Counted from the stretch's first letter, positions 8,582 through 21,584 are shown. The stretch: 54,328 nt of DNA from Candidatus Dormiibacterota bacterium (GCA_027306885.1 DAHUYV010000041.1:1-54328); one strand, 5' to 3'. Translations and numbers: made by a program. The notes: generated by a model not told the origin, from the sequence alone.

Positions 8582-9445
8582 GTGGCCACCACCGAAGCCC
8601 TGAGGGAAGGGGCCCTTGCGTCCCGTCCCCGGGCCCCCCAGTCGGGCCCGGTGGCCCGGCACCTGGAGCTGCTCTGGGAACTGGTCCGAAGGGACGTGCG
8701 CGCCCGCTATCGAGGCTCGGTGCTGGGGATCGGCTGGACGCTGCTCAACCCGCTGGTCTTCATGCTGGTCTACGCCCTGGTCTTCGGCTCTCTGCTCAAG
8801 GTGCAGGGCCCCAGCGGCAAGTCCTACCTCGTCTTCCTGCTCTGTGGGCTCTTGGCCTGGACCTTCTTCCAGCAGGCGCTGGTGATGGCCGCCAGCAGCA
8901 TCATCGCCAACGCCGGGGTGGTCCGCAAGGTGGCCTTCCCCTGGATGCTGCTGACCGTCTCCACGGTGATCGCGGCGTTGGTCAACTTCCTCATCAGCCT
9001 GGTGTTGCTGGTGCCCTTCCTCATCGTCAGCAAGTCGCCGGTTGGGCTGCCCCTTCTGGCCCTCCCCGGTCTGGTGCTGGTGACCTTCGGCCTCTCCCTG
9101 GGCCTGGGATTGATGCTGGCCGCCGGCAGCGTCTACTTCCGCGACCTGCAGTACATCATCAACCTGGCCACCATGGTTTGGTTCTACCTCACCCCGGTGA
9201 TCTGGCCGCTGACCCGCTACCAGGGGTTCTTCGGACACGGCAAGCTGGGGCTCCTCGCCCACGTTGTGATCTACGCCAACCCCATGACCTGGGTGGTGAT
9301 CTCCTTCCAGGACATCTTCGTCTTCAACCGCTGGCCCCAGCACTGGCACGGCCTCATCTACATCACGCTCCTGGCGGCCGGCCTCATCTGGATGGGGGTG
9401 CGGGTGTTCCGGCGGCTGCGCCGGCGCTTCGCCGAGGAGATCTGA
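8582..9445 (+). CDS. Polysaccharide ABC exporter permease (Wzm/TagG-like)
   Basis: RYRGSVLGIGWTLLNPL, FRDLQYI, FYLTPVIW, NPM, RRFAEEI. Confidence 0.9.
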   Translation: MATTEALREGALASRPRAPQSGPVARHLELLWELVRRDVRARYRGSVLGIGWTLLNPLVFMLVYALVFGSLLKVQGPSGKSYLVFLLCGLLAWTFFQQALVMAASSIIANAGVVRKVAFPWMLLTVSTVIAALVNFLISLVLLVPFLIVSKSPVGLPLLALPGLVLVTFGLSLGLGLMLAAGSVYFRDLQYIINLATMVWFYLTPVIWPLTRYQGFFGHGKLGLLAHVVIYANPMTWVVISFQDIFVFNRWPQHWHGLIYITLLAAGLIWMGVRVFRRLRRRFAEEI

Positions 9446-10671
9446 TGGCCGAGGCCCCCATCCAGGTCCAGAAGCTCAGCAAGCGCTTCCGCATCTATCA
9501 CCAGCGCAGTGAGACGCTGAAGCAGGCCCTGGTCGACCGGCGCCGCTCCCGCTACGAGGAGTTCTGGGCGGTGAAGGATGCCGACTTCCAGGTGACGGAG
9601 GGGGAGACCTTCGGCATCATCGGGGCCAACGGCTCGGGCAAGTCGACCCTGCTCAAGTGCATCGCCGGGATCCTGGTCCCCGATCGCGGCCGGGTGGCGG
9701 TCCGGGGCCGGCTGGCATCCCTGCTGGAGGTGGGCGCCGGCTTCCATCCCGACTACAGCGGGCGGGAGAACATCTTCCTCAACGGGGCGATCCTGGGGCT
9801 GCCGCGGCGCTACATCAACTCCGTTCTCGATGAGATCGTGGCCTTCGCCGAGCTGGAGCAGTTCATCGACAACCCGGTGCGCAACTACAGCTCGGGGATG
9901 TACACCCGACTCGGGTTCTCCATCGCCATCCACATGGATCCCGACATCCTCCTCATCGACGAGGTGCTGGCGGTGGGCGACGAGGCCTTCCAGCGGCGCT
10001 GCATGGACCACATCGAGGAGATGCGCCGCGAGGGCCGCACCCTGATCTTCGTGTCCCACGCCGCGGACACCGTGCGCAAGCTCTGCCACCGCTGCCTCTG
10101 GTTGGAGGCGGGAGCGGAGCGGATGCTGGGGCCGACCGACGCCGTGGTCGACGGGTACATCGAGGAGGTCAACCGGCGGGAGATGGCGGCACTGCAGCAG
10201 GCGGCCGAGGCCACCTCGGGCCCGGGTTGGATGGGGGTGCGCATCACCTCGCTCCGGGTTCTCGGGCCGGACGGCCAGGAGGGGCTGACCGGGACCGGTG
10301 AGCCGCTGCTGGTGCGGATCGGGTACGAGGCCCCGGCGGGCGGCCTGAACCGGGTGCGCTTTCGGGTCTCCTTCCACCCCGCCGACGGGCCGGAGCTGGT
10401 CAGCGTCCAGACCGACGACCGGGAGCTGGGTGAGCGCTCCCTGCCGGGGTCCGGGGAGGTCGCCCTCACCATCCCTGAGCTTCCCTTCCTGGACGGCGTG
10501 TACGGGACCAAGGTGGAGATCGAGGACATCGCCAGTGGCCGACCCTACGTCTCCCTCGACCGGCCCCAGAGCTTCCGCGTCCACGGCCCCGGGCGACGGG
10601 AGCAGGGGATGGCCCTGGTGGGCCACCGATGGGAGCTGCCGGTATCCGACCCCAGCGCGGTCTCGGCCTGA
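9445..10671 (+). CDS. Polysaccharide ABC exporter ATPase with C-terminal carbohydrate-binding domain (Wzt-like)
   Basis: Walker A GANGSGKST, YSSGM signature, IDEVLAVGD Walker B, plus a long C-terminal beta-rich extension. Confidence 0.92.
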   Translation: MAEAPIQVQKLSKRFRIYHQRSETLKQALVDRRRSRYEEFWAVKDADFQVTEGETFGIIGANGSGKSTLLKCIAGILVPDRGRVAVRGRLASLLEVGAGFHPDYSGRENIFLNGAILGLPRRYINSVLDEIVAFAELEQFIDNPVRNYSSGMYTRLGFSIAIHMDPDILLIDEVLAVGDEAFQRRCMDHIEEMRREGRTLIFVSHAADTVRKLCHRCLWLEAGAERMLGPTDAVVDGYIEEVNRREMAALQQAAEATSGPGWMGVRITSLRVLGPDGQEGLTGTGEPLLVRIGYEAPAGGLNRVRFRVSFHPADGPELVSVQTDDRELGERSLPGSGEVALTIPELPFLDGVYGTKVEIEDIASGRPYVSLDRPQSFRVHGPGRREQGMALVGHRWELPVSDPSAVSA

Positions 10672-11903
10672 CGGGGGCCGAGGTCACCGACGCCCCGGAT
10701 CCGGTCGCCTCGGTCAGCGCGATCGTCATCACCTATCGGCCCGACCTTCGGATGCTGGAGCGTTGCCTCACCTCCCTCGTCACCTCCCGACCCCGGCCCC
10801 TCGAGGTCGTCCTCGTGGACAACTCCCCGGAGAGCGAGGAGGTGGAGCGGCTGGCCCGGGCGGCGCTGGCCGGGGAAGGAGCGCCGGAGCTGGTCTTCCT
10901 GGCGCAGGGACGCAACCTCGGGTACGCCGCCGCCACCAACGCGGGGGTCTCGGCCAGCTCCGGTGACCTGGTGCTCCTCCTCAACCCCGACGCCACCCTT
11001 GGCGAGGGCGCCCTCGGCTTAATGGTGGCCGCGGCGGCGGCCAACCCTGAGGCCCTGGGCTTCGCGCCCAAGATCCTGCTCACCTCGCCGGCGTACGCCA
11101 TCGACTCGGTGGGGATGGCGCTCGGGGAGGGAGCCGAGGGCACCCAGCGCGGCCTGGGCCAGGTCGACGCCGGCCAGTACGACCGCCCGGAGCGGGTGGC
11201 CGGGCTCTGCTTCGCCGGGGCGCTCATCCGTCGTCCGGGGTTCTTTGGGGCCAGGGTCGGGCCGCTGGACGAGCGCTACTTCATGTTCTACGAGGACGTG
11301 GACTGGTCGCTGCGGGCGACGGTGCTCGGGGAGTTCTTCCTCACCGTCCCCGCGGCCGTGGTGGTCCACTTTCACTCGGCCAGCACCCGGAGCCTTGGGC
11401 AGGGCTTCAAGATTCGCCTCATCCAGCGCAACCTGATCTGGACGGCGATCAAGAACCTGGAGCTGGAGCCCGCCCTCAGGGTCCTCATCCGGCGCAGCCT
11501 GGCCAACCTCCGGTGGGCCGCTCGCGGCCGGCACCCGGGCGCCTCCATCCGAGCCGTGCTCGAAGCGTGGGCCGGGCTCCCGGAGATGCTCTCAGCCCGG
11601 CGCGAGCTGCAGCGCCGGCGGCGCCGACGCGACCGGGAGGTGCTGGGGCTGGAGGGGCAGGCGAGCTTCTTCGACGTCGACCGGTACGAGCCCGACCTCA
11701 GCGCCGCCGCTCTGGTGGCGGTGATCGGTCGCCTGTACGCGCTCCGGCCCTCGCCGGAGCTGCAGGGGTTGCTGCTGCGACTTCAGAGCGCCGAGAACAC
11801 CGGTCTGGGCCGGGACCGCCGCCTTCTGGCCGCCATGGTGCGGGAGAGCGGCATCGTCCTCGGTCCGGGTCTGACCTGGATGGTGGCGGAACTCGAGCGC
11901 TGA
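10668..11903 (+). CDS. GT2 family glycosyltransferase (start uncertain: CTG 10668 or ATG 10629)
   Basis: VVLVDN, NLGYAAATN, LLLNPDA, LDERYFMFYEDVDWSLR motifs. Confidence 0.85.
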   Translation: MTGAEVTDAPDPVASVSAIVITYRPDLRMLERCLTSLVTSRPRPLEVVLVDNSPESEEVERLARAALAGEGAPELVFLAQGRNLGYAAATNAGVSASSGDLVLLLNPDATLGEGALGLMVAAAAANPEALGFAPKILLTSPAYAIDSVGMALGEGAEGTQRGLGQVDAGQYDRPERVAGLCFAGALIRRPGFFGARVGPLDERYFMFYEDVDWSLRATVLGEFFLTVPAAVVVHFHSASTRSLGQGFKIRLIQRNLIWTAIKNLELEPALRVLIRRSLANLRWAARGRHPGASIRAVLEAWAGLPEMLSARRELQRRRRRRDREVLGLEGQASFFDVDRYEPDLSAAALVAVIGRLYALRPSPELQGLLLRLQSAENTGLGRDRRLLAAMVRESGIVLGPGLTWMVAELER

Positions 11904-11945
11904 GGCGGGCGCGGGCCGGGTCGGGGTGGGGCCAACCGGCTCGGA

Positions 11946-12416
11946 TCAGGCGTTGAGGCCCTGGGTTGGCCCGGCGGCGAAGGTCAGGTTGTGGTTGACC
12001 AGGTAGTTCCAGATGGCCGCCAGCCCGATCCCGACCAGGAGGGCCAGGAGGTAGAAGACGTGGAGCAGATCGGCCCCAGCCAGCAGGGCAGCCTCCTGAA
12101 TCCCCATGCCCACGAGGGACACCCCCTCGAAGGTGACCGCCCGGCGCAGCTTCCGGCCATCCCGGCGGTCCCTCCAGGTGACGAGGGAGTTGACGGTGAA
12201 GGTGACGGCGATGGCGGTCTGGATGGCGATCGCCGAGGCCAGCCAGAGGGGCAGGAACAGGACGTGGTGGTAGAGGAGGGCGGTGCCGCCCAGGGTGGTC
12301 GCGGCCCCCAGGACGCCGGCGAATCCAAACGACGCCACCCGCCGTCCGTGCTCGCGGACCACCGAGCCGGCCGTGGTACTGGGAAGCTGCTCCCAGGCCG
12401 ACGATAGCCTTCCCAC
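11946..12416 (-). CDS. GtrA family protein (start uncertain)
   Basis: Four TM segments, FTVNSLVTW and WNYLVNHNLTF GtrA motifs. Confidence 0.8.
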   Translation of the reverse strand: MGRLSSAWEQLPSTTAGSVVREHGRRVASFGFAGVLGAATTLGGTALLYHHVLFLPLWLASAIAIQTAIAVTFTVNSLVTWRDRRDGRKLRRAVTFEGVSLVGMGIQEAALLAGADLLHVFYLLALLVGIGLAAIWNYLVNHNLTFAAGPTQGLNA

Positions 12417-12894
12417 TTCCTCTGAGGTTACCAGAGGGGTCCTCCCCAACCGGGCCGTGACCTCACGGCCCGGTCGCGAACAGCGGGACGCCGATGCCGG
12501 CCGGCCGCGGTGCCGGTGACGGCGTCGACCGTCTCCGTACTGCTCGGTGTGGTGGCCTCGCGGTGCGCGCTGGCCGAGACCCACCAAGGTGGCCTCGACA
12601 GTGTCGGCCAGGGGCCCCTGCGCCTGCTGATCATCGGAGGTGTGGGAGGCGGGGCCCTGTGGGCGCCGCCTTGGAGCAGCCCGCCGCACCTCCAGCGGGA
12701 TCGCATCCGGCCAGCAGGCCTCGGCCCCACCCGAGTTGGAGGCCGCCTTCCACCCACCCGGCCAGATCCCCGCCTCGACCGGTTCCCGGCCGAGCTGAGA
12801 GGGCCAACTCAGGCGGGGCTCAGGGCGGTGCCATACGGTAGATTGCAGAGGCTGGGCTGCGGCCCGGCGCCCCCGTGCTCCATTCGAGGTTGAG

Positions 12895-13959
12895 ATGCTG
12901 AGGTTGTCACGCGCGGCGCGGTTGGCGCTGCCGGTCCTGGCGCTGGCGGTGGCCGGATGCGCGGGCTCTGTCCCCCAGGGCAGTCCCCCCAAGGTCGCCA
13001 AGATACCCAGCACCAAGCTCTCGCCCGACGCGCTCTCGCAGGCTCTTCTGGCGCTCCAGGCCGACTATGTGAACCTCTACAAGGAGGTGGCTCCCTCGGT
13101 GGTGCAGATCTCCACCTCACAGGATCTGGGCTCGGGGATCATCTTCAACACCGAGGGCGACATCGTCACCAACAACCACGTCGCCAACGGCCAGAAGAGC
13201 TTCACGGTCACCCTGTCCAACGGCAAGACCTACACCGGCACCCTGGTCAACACCTTCGCCGGTGATGACCTGGCGGTGATCCGCATCAGCGCCCCCGGGC
13301 TTCACCCCGCCACCTTCGCCGACTCCTCCCAGCTGCAGGTGGGGGACATCGTGATGGCGATCGGCAATCCCCTCGGCTACCAGAGCTCGGCCACCGATGG
13401 GATCGTGTCCGCGGTGGGCCGGACGGTCAGCGAGCCCAACGGGGTCACCCTCCCGGACGTGATCCAGACCTCGGCGCCGATCAACCCCGGCAACAGTGGC
13501 GGCGCCCTGGTGGACCTGCAGGGTCAGGTGGTCGGCATTCCCACCCTGGCGGCGCTGGACCCCCAGCTGGGAAGCTCCCAGGCTCCCGGGATCGGGTTCG
13601 CCATCCCCAGAAACGTGGTCACCAAGATCGCCGGCCAGATCGTTAAGTACGGCAAGGTGGTGAGCTCGGGCCGGGCCTTCATCGGGGTGGATGTGGAGCA
13701 GGTGACCAACAGCCAGGGCCAGCCCGCCGGGGTGCTGGTGGTGAAGGTGACCAGGACCGCCGCCAGCCAGGCGGGACTGAAGGCCCAGGACGTGATCACC
13801 TCGATCAACGGCACGGCCACGCCCTCGGTCCAGGACCTGACCGACGCCCTCGCCGCCCTCAACCCCGGCCAGACCGTGAAGCTGGCGGTGACCGAGCCCA
13901 ACGGGACCAAGATCACCGTCTCCCTGAGCCTGGGCGAGTTGCCCGCCGGGAGTGGCTGA
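12895..13959 (+). CDS. HtrA/DegP-like S1C serine protease with PDZ domain, lipoprotein
   Basis: Lipobox VAGC; intact triad TNNHV / DDLAVI / INPGNSGG; C-terminal PDZ. Confidence 0.93.
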   Translation: MLRLSRAARLALPVLALAVAGCAGSVPQGSPPKVAKIPSTKLSPDALSQALLALQADYVNLYKEVAPSVVQISTSQDLGSGIIFNTEGDIVTNNHVANGQKSFTVTLSNGKTYTGTLVNTFAGDDLAVIRISAPGLHPATFADSSQLQVGDIVMAIGNPLGYQSSATDGIVSAVGRTVSEPNGVTLPDVIQTSAPINPGNSGGALVDLQGQVVGIPTLAALDPQLGSSQAPGIGFAIPRNVVTKIAGQIVKYGKVVSSGRAFIGVDVEQVTNSQGQPAGVLVVKVTRTAASQAGLKAQDVITSINGTATPSVQDLTDALAALNPGQTVKLAVTEPNGTKITVSLSLGELPAGSG

Positions 13960-14028
13960 GCCCGAACCGGAACGAAGAGCGCGACCCCGCTCCCGGCTGA
14001 GCGGGCCACCGGCCCCTGGAGGTGAACC

Positions 14029-14379
14029 ATGGACAAGACCCCCGACCTGGAGTCCGCCGGCGAGCAGCAGGTGGCTTGGATCATGACCCCGTATCAGGCA
14101 CCGGTCCTGGACCGGGATGGGAACACCTTCGGGACCACGGCGGCCCTGTTGGGGGATGAGGCGGAGGACATCTTCCACGGGCTGGCGGTGAAGCCCCACA
14201 CGGGTGGCAAGCTGGTCGAGCTGGCGTCCGCCAACGTGGTCCGGATCACCACCCTCGCGGTGCACACCGACCTCAGCGCCGAGGCCGCGGCGGGGCTCCC
14301 GCTGTACCGGGAGGAACGCTGGTACCACCTGGGCCGGGGCGGCCTCTTCCGCAAGCGGCCGGAGTGGCGCGACGGGTGA
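14029..14379 (+). CDS. Hypothetical protein, PRC-barrel-like
   Basis: GGAGGTG RBS; PVLDRDGNTFG...LLGDEAEDIFHGLAV pattern resembles PRC barrels. Confidence 0.6.
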   Translation: MDKTPDLESAGEQQVAWIMTPYQAPVLDRDGNTFGTTAALLGDEAEDIFHGLAVKPHTGGKLVELASANVVRITTLAVHTDLSAEAAAGLPLYREERWYHLGRGGLFRKRPEWRDG

Positions 14380-14629
14380 CCGGAGGCAGGCACCCGCGCC
14401 CTGCGGGGCTCCCGGGATCGGCCAGGGTGGCGGACCTGCCGACCTCCAAGCGATCCCTGCCCCACCTCCCCATCCCGCCCCGCGGTAGGCGCGGATCCGC
14501 CGGGCCCCAGCCCTGGCGCTAGCTTTCGGCTCCGGGACCAAGTTGGGCCCGCCCATGCGCGACCCGCCGACGAGGCGGTACCTTGCATCCTTGCGCCCGC
14601 TCTCGGGGCGCCAGGAGCCCAGGAGGGAA

Positions 14630-16069
14630 ATGATGCTGGACAGGCCGATGCCCGGAGCCCAGGTAGCCTTTCCCACCGAGGCCGGGCAGGCCCCTCCCGG
14701 GGCGTCTCCGTACCGGATCCAGCGCACCATGCGGCTGCGCAACCAGAACCGTCCGGGAGTGCTGGGGGAGGTGGCCACCGCCATCGGCGCCGCCGGCGGC
14801 AACATCGGCGACATCCGCACGGTGGAGCGGGGCTCCCGGCACAAGGTGCGGGATATCGATGTCAGCACCACCGACCTGGCGATGCTGGAGGCGGTGCTGA
14901 CATCGGTTCGGGAGCTGCCCCACACCGAGTTGCTCGACGTCCGGGACGAGGTGCTCCGGGTCCACCTCGGGGGCAAGCTTCGGGTCAGCCCGAGGTATCC
15001 GGTGCGGACGGTGACCGACCTCCGCCACGTGTACACCCCCGGGGTGGCCGAGGTCTGCCGACTGATCGAGTCCGACCCCAGGGTGGCCGATAGGTACACC
15101 GGGATCGCCAACTCGGTGGCGGTGGTCACCGACGGCACCGCCGTGCTGGGGCTGGGCAACATCGGGCCGGTGGCGGGGATGCCGGTGATCGAGGGGAAGT
15201 GCGCCCTCCTGGCCCAGATGGTGGGCATCGACGCCCACCCGCTCCTGGTCGAGCCCGGGCCGTCGGACGAGATCGTGGCGGCGCTGACCCGGGTGGCACC
15301 TTCGTTCGGCGCGATCCAGCTGGAGGATTTCGCCGCGCCCCACTGCTTCGAGATCACCCCGGCGCTCCAGGCGCGGGTCGCGATTCCGGTGATGCACGAC
15401 GACCAGCACGGGACCGCCACCGTGGTCCTGGCGGCGGTGCTGCGGGCGGCGTCGATGACTGGTCGCGAGGCCACGGGGCTCACCGCCGGGGTCGTCGGCC
15501 TGGGGGCCGCGGGCTCGGCGATCGCCCAGCTCCTGATGCACTTCCAGGGCCGCCCGGTGTACGGCACCGGGCGCACCCCCGACTCGATCGAGCGGCTGAA
15601 GGCCGAGGGCGGCATCGCCGTGGAGTTGGATGAGCTTCTCGGCCGCTGTGACCTGGTGATCGCTGCAACGGCCCAGCCTGGCCTGATCCGGCCCGATCAG
15701 GTCCGGCCCGGTCAGATCATCTTCGCCATCTCCAACCCAATCCCAGAGATCGAGCCGGAGCGAGCGATGGAGGCGGGCGCCACCCTGGCGGTGGACGGCT
15801 CGGTGGTCAACAACCTGCTCGGCTTTCCGGGGCTGTTCCGCGGGGTGCTGGACACCAGGGCCAGGCGCTTCACCACCGAGATGTACGTGGCCGCGGCGCT
15901 GGCCATCGCCTCCCGGGCGACCCACGACGAGGTGGTGCCGGACTCCCTCGATCCCGGGGTCCACCGGGAGGTGGCCCGAGCGGTGGTGCGGGCCGCCGTG
16001 GCCGGAGGGGTGGCGCGGGCCGAGCCCTCTCTCGAGTACTTCGAGGACTGGCCGAGCTCGGGGGGCTGA
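14630..16069 (+). CDS. NAD(P)-dependent malic enzyme with N-terminal ACT domain
   Basis: NRPGVLG ACT motif, YTPGVA, DGTAVLGLGNIG, QLEDF, HDDQHGTA, GLGAAG; AGGAGG RBS. Confidence 0.92.
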   Translation: MMLDRPMPGAQVAFPTEAGQAPPGASPYRIQRTMRLRNQNRPGVLGEVATAIGAAGGNIGDIRTVERGSRHKVRDIDVSTTDLAMLEAVLTSVRELPHTELLDVRDEVLRVHLGGKLRVSPRYPVRTVTDLRHVYTPGVAEVCRLIESDPRVADRYTGIANSVAVVTDGTAVLGLGNIGPVAGMPVIEGKCALLAQMVGIDAHPLLVEPGPSDEIVAALTRVAPSFGAIQLEDFAAPHCFEITPALQARVAIPVMHDDQHGTATVVLAAVLRAASMTGREATGLTAGVVGLGAAGSAIAQLLMHFQGRPVYGTGRTPDSIERLKAEGGIAVELDELLGRCDLVIAATAQPGLIRPDQVRPGQIIFAISNPIPEIEPERAMEAGATLAVDGSVVNNLLGFPGLFRGVLDTRARRFTTEMYVAAALAIASRATHDEVVPDSLDPGVHREVARAVVRAAVAGGVARAEPSLEYFEDWPSSGG

Positions 16070-16095
16070 GTCTGGCGGGGCCGTACGATGAGCGG

Positions 16096-16557
16096 GTGCT
16101 GATCGAGGCCCTCCCCGAGTCCGAGCTGGACTCGATCCGACCACTGCTCCTCGAGCTGCTCATCTCGGACGCCGGTGATCCGGCCAGCCCCGGGCTGCGA
16201 TCCCGGTTGGATGAGGCGCTGCCGCGAACCAGAGCCACCTTCCGGGGCGAGAACCACGTGTTCGCGGCCCGCGAGCAGGGCCGGGTCCTGGCCTTCTGCT
16301 GGTGCGTTGTCTTTGACCCGGGCACCGGCCTGGAGGGAGAGGTGGCCGAGCTTTACGTCCTTCCCGGGGAACGGGGCCGGGGCCTCGCCGGGCGGCTCCT
16401 CGGGGAGGCAACCCGGCTGTTCGCCGAGCGCCGGGTGACCTTCGCCAGCGTCTGGACCGATCCCGGCAACCAGGTGGCCCTCCGGGCCTATCAGACCGCG
16501 GGCTTCACCCCCACCGAGCAGCTTGTGCTCACCTGGAACCCTCCCGATGGCGGCTGA
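16096..16557 (+). CDS. GNAT family N-acetyltransferase
   Basis: LYVLPGERGRGLAGRLL acetyl-CoA motif; N..A...Y...GF motif. Confidence 0.85.
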   Translation: MLIEALPESELDSIRPLLLELLISDAGDPASPGLRSRLDEALPRTRATFRGENHVFAAREQGRVLAFCWCVVFDPGTGLEGEVAELYVLPGERGRGLAGRLLGEATRLFAERRVTFASVWTDPGNQVALRAYQTAGFTPTEQLVLTWNPPDGG

Positions 16558-17662
16558 CGCTCAGGACGGCAGGGCCGGCGCCCGACGCCTGGGGGCGGTC
16601 GCCCTGGTGGCGGCCGTGGTGGGGGTGGCCTTCGGCGGGGGAGTGAGCTTCCTCGCCTACCGCCAGCTGGCCAGCCCGGGATCCGCCCCCTTGCCGATTC
16701 GGACGAGCGGCGGCGGGGGCGGCTCCCAGTCGGTATCCCTCAGCTCGGTCGTGGCCGCGGTGGCCCCCTCGGTGGTCGTGGTGGTGCGCCAGCAGAGGGG
16801 TGGGGGGGTCCCCACCGCCGCCGACGCCTCGGACGGTTTCGTGGCCAGCTCCCAGGGCCTCATCGTCACCAGCGAGGGTGCGGTGGCCGGCGCCGCGGGG
16901 GTCGAGGTGGTGCTCGCCAATGGAGACGTCCTCCCGGCGACCATCGCCAGCTCCGATCCCTACACCGGAGTGGTGCTGCTCCAGGTGAGCTCGCCGGCCC
17001 TCCCAGCGCCGCTGAGCTTCGGCTCGCCGCCGGCCCTTGGGTCGACAGCGATCGCCATCTCGCTCGCCCTCGGCGGGTCCGCCAGCGTCGACGTGGGGAC
17101 GGTGAGCGAGCTGGGACTGACCGCCGAGGTGGCCGATCCGGCCGCCCCCTCGGGATCGGCCCTGATCGATGGGATGATGCGCACCGACGTCCCGGCGCCC
17201 CAGGGCAGTTCCGGGGCGCCGCTGGTCAACGCCTCGGGCCAGGTTGTCGGCATCCTCAACGGGGAGCGGATGGCGCCCAGCGGCCAGGGGCCGGGCTACT
17301 TCGCGTTGGACGCCTCGGAGGCCGCCTACCTGGTCACCGCCATCACCACCAACGGCTCGGGCCCGCAGCCTCTCGGAATGGTCAGCCAATACCTCACCCC
17401 AGCCACGGCCGCGGCCCTGCAGCTCGCCTCGGGGGCGGAGATCCTGGTGGTCGACCCCGGTTCCGTGGCCGCCGCCGCCGGCCTGAAGGCCGGTGACGTG
17501 GTGGTCAGCGCGGACGGTAGCCCGGTTCTGGATGCTGGGGCTCCGAGCTTCCCCGCCCTGTCCGACCTGCTCACCTCCTTCGGTCCTGGGGCCAAGGTCA
17601 CGCTGGTTGTGCAGCGCGGTGGGGCGCGCCGGACTCTCACGCTGAGCGTGCCGGTGGCTTGA
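16547..17662 (+). CDS. Membrane-anchored HtrA-like protein with PDZ, probably catalytically inactive
   Basis: N-terminal TM, trypsin-like scaffold (GFV...GLIVT, GSSGAPLVN), PDZ (GLKAGDVV); His and Asp triad positions substituted. Confidence 0.8.
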   Translation: MAADAQDGRAGARRLGAVALVAAVVGVAFGGGVSFLAYRQLASPGSAPLPIRTSGGGGGSQSVSLSSVVAAVAPSVVVVVRQQRGGGVPTAADASDGFVASSQGLIVTSEGAVAGAAGVEVVLANGDVLPATIASSDPYTGVVLLQVSSPALPAPLSFGSPPALGSTAIAISLALGGSASVDVGTVSELGLTAEVADPAAPSGSALIDGMMRTDVPAPQGSSGAPLVNASGQVVGILNGERMAPSGQGPGYFALDASEAAYLVTAITTNGSGPQPLGMVSQYLTPATAAALQLASGAEILVVDPGSVAAAAGLKAGDVVVSADGSPVLDAGAPSFPALSDLLTSFGPGAKVTLVVQRGGARRTLTLSVPVA

Positions 17663-17781
17663 GGCGGTCCTGACGGCGCCGAGCGCCGGTCCCGGCAGGT
17701 GGAGTTGGTAACCTTGCCGATTGGAGCGGGCACGTGCGAGGCCGCCGGCCCTGGGTACCCGCGCCCTCGGGAGAGAAGCTG

Positions 17782-18366
17782 TTGGAGATAGCCTGGCTCG
17801 GCGGCGACGCGCTTCTGCTCCGGGGTAGGGAGGCTCGCGTCCTCCTCGCCCCCAGCTCGGTGCCGGTTCCCTCCGGGGTCGACATAGTGGTCGGCGGCGG
17901 AGGCGACGGCAACCTGCTCCGGCCGGACGGCGGTCCTCAGGTGGTGGCCCGCCCCGGTGAGTACGAGTTGCGCGGCGTCACCGTGCACGGGGTCGCCCTT
18001 CCCACCGGCACCGCTTTCGTCGCCATCGTGGACGAGGTCCCGGTCTGCAACTTCGGGGCCCTGCCTACCGAGTTCCCCGAGGACACCCTTGAGTCCATCG
18101 GCGTCGTGGACGTCCTGGCGGTCTCCCTGGAGGGAGGCGCACCCGGGCGGGCGGTGAGCGCCGCGGCGCTGGTGGGTCGGCTGCAGCCCGCGGTGGTGGT
18201 CCCGATCGGGTTTGAGCCGGTCGAGGGCGGAGTGCCCGAGGCGCTTGCCGCGTTCATCAAGGAGATGGGCGTTGGGGAGGTTCACCCCCAGGCACGGCTC
18301 AGCCTATCGGGCTTCTCCGGAGGTTCCGAGGACACCCGGGTGGTGGTCCTGGAGCCTCGCCGCTGA
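17782..18366 (+). CDS. MBL-fold protein, degenerate metal site
   Basis: EIAWLG, PGEYELRGVTVHGV, VDVLAV, LQPAVVVPI typical of a short MBL-fold family; no HxHxDH. Confidence 0.7.
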   Translation: MEIAWLGGDALLLRGREARVLLAPSSVPVPSGVDIVVGGGGDGNLLRPDGGPQVVARPGEYELRGVTVHGVALPTGTAFVAIVDEVPVCNFGALPTEFPEDTLESIGVVDVLAVSLEGGAPGRAVSAAALVGRLQPAVVVPIGFEPVEGGVPEALAAFIKEMGVGEVHPQARLSLSGFSGGSEDTRVVVLEPRR

Positions 18367-21362
<2,996 letters not shown>

Positions 21363-21374
21363 GCTTGATCTGAG

Positions 21375-21584
21375 ATGAAGGCGAACATACACCCCGAATA
21401 CCATCACGACGCGGTGGTGACCTGCTCCTGCGGGAACACCTTCACCACCGGATCGACCATGACGACCCTGCACACCGAGGTCTGCAGCGTCTGCCATCCG
21501 TTCTTCACCGGGGAGCAGCGCATCGTGGACACCGGCGGCCAGGTCGAGCGCTTCCGGCGCCGCGCCCAGAGAGCCCAGCGCTAG
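21375..21584 (+). CDS. rpmE: 50S ribosomal protein L31 (Zn-binding type)
   Basis: [29 protein letters not shown]. Confidence 0.97.
   Translation: MKANIHPEYHHDAVVTCSCGNTFTTGSTMTTLHTEVCSVCHPFFTGEQRIVDTGGQVERFRRRAQRAQR

Noticed and set aside
12510-12893. 127-aa ORF in the GtrA-HtrA gap
   Set aside because: No RBS or family motif and a low-complexity Pro/Arg tail; may be a decayed gene but cannot be supported
13117-15615. 832-aa minus-strand ORF and other long antisense ORFs (e.g. 18304-19992, 20637-22223, 33762-35267)
   Set aside because: They are shadows of well-supported plus-strand genes; stop codons are scarce in high-GC DNA and the translations have no recognisable motifs
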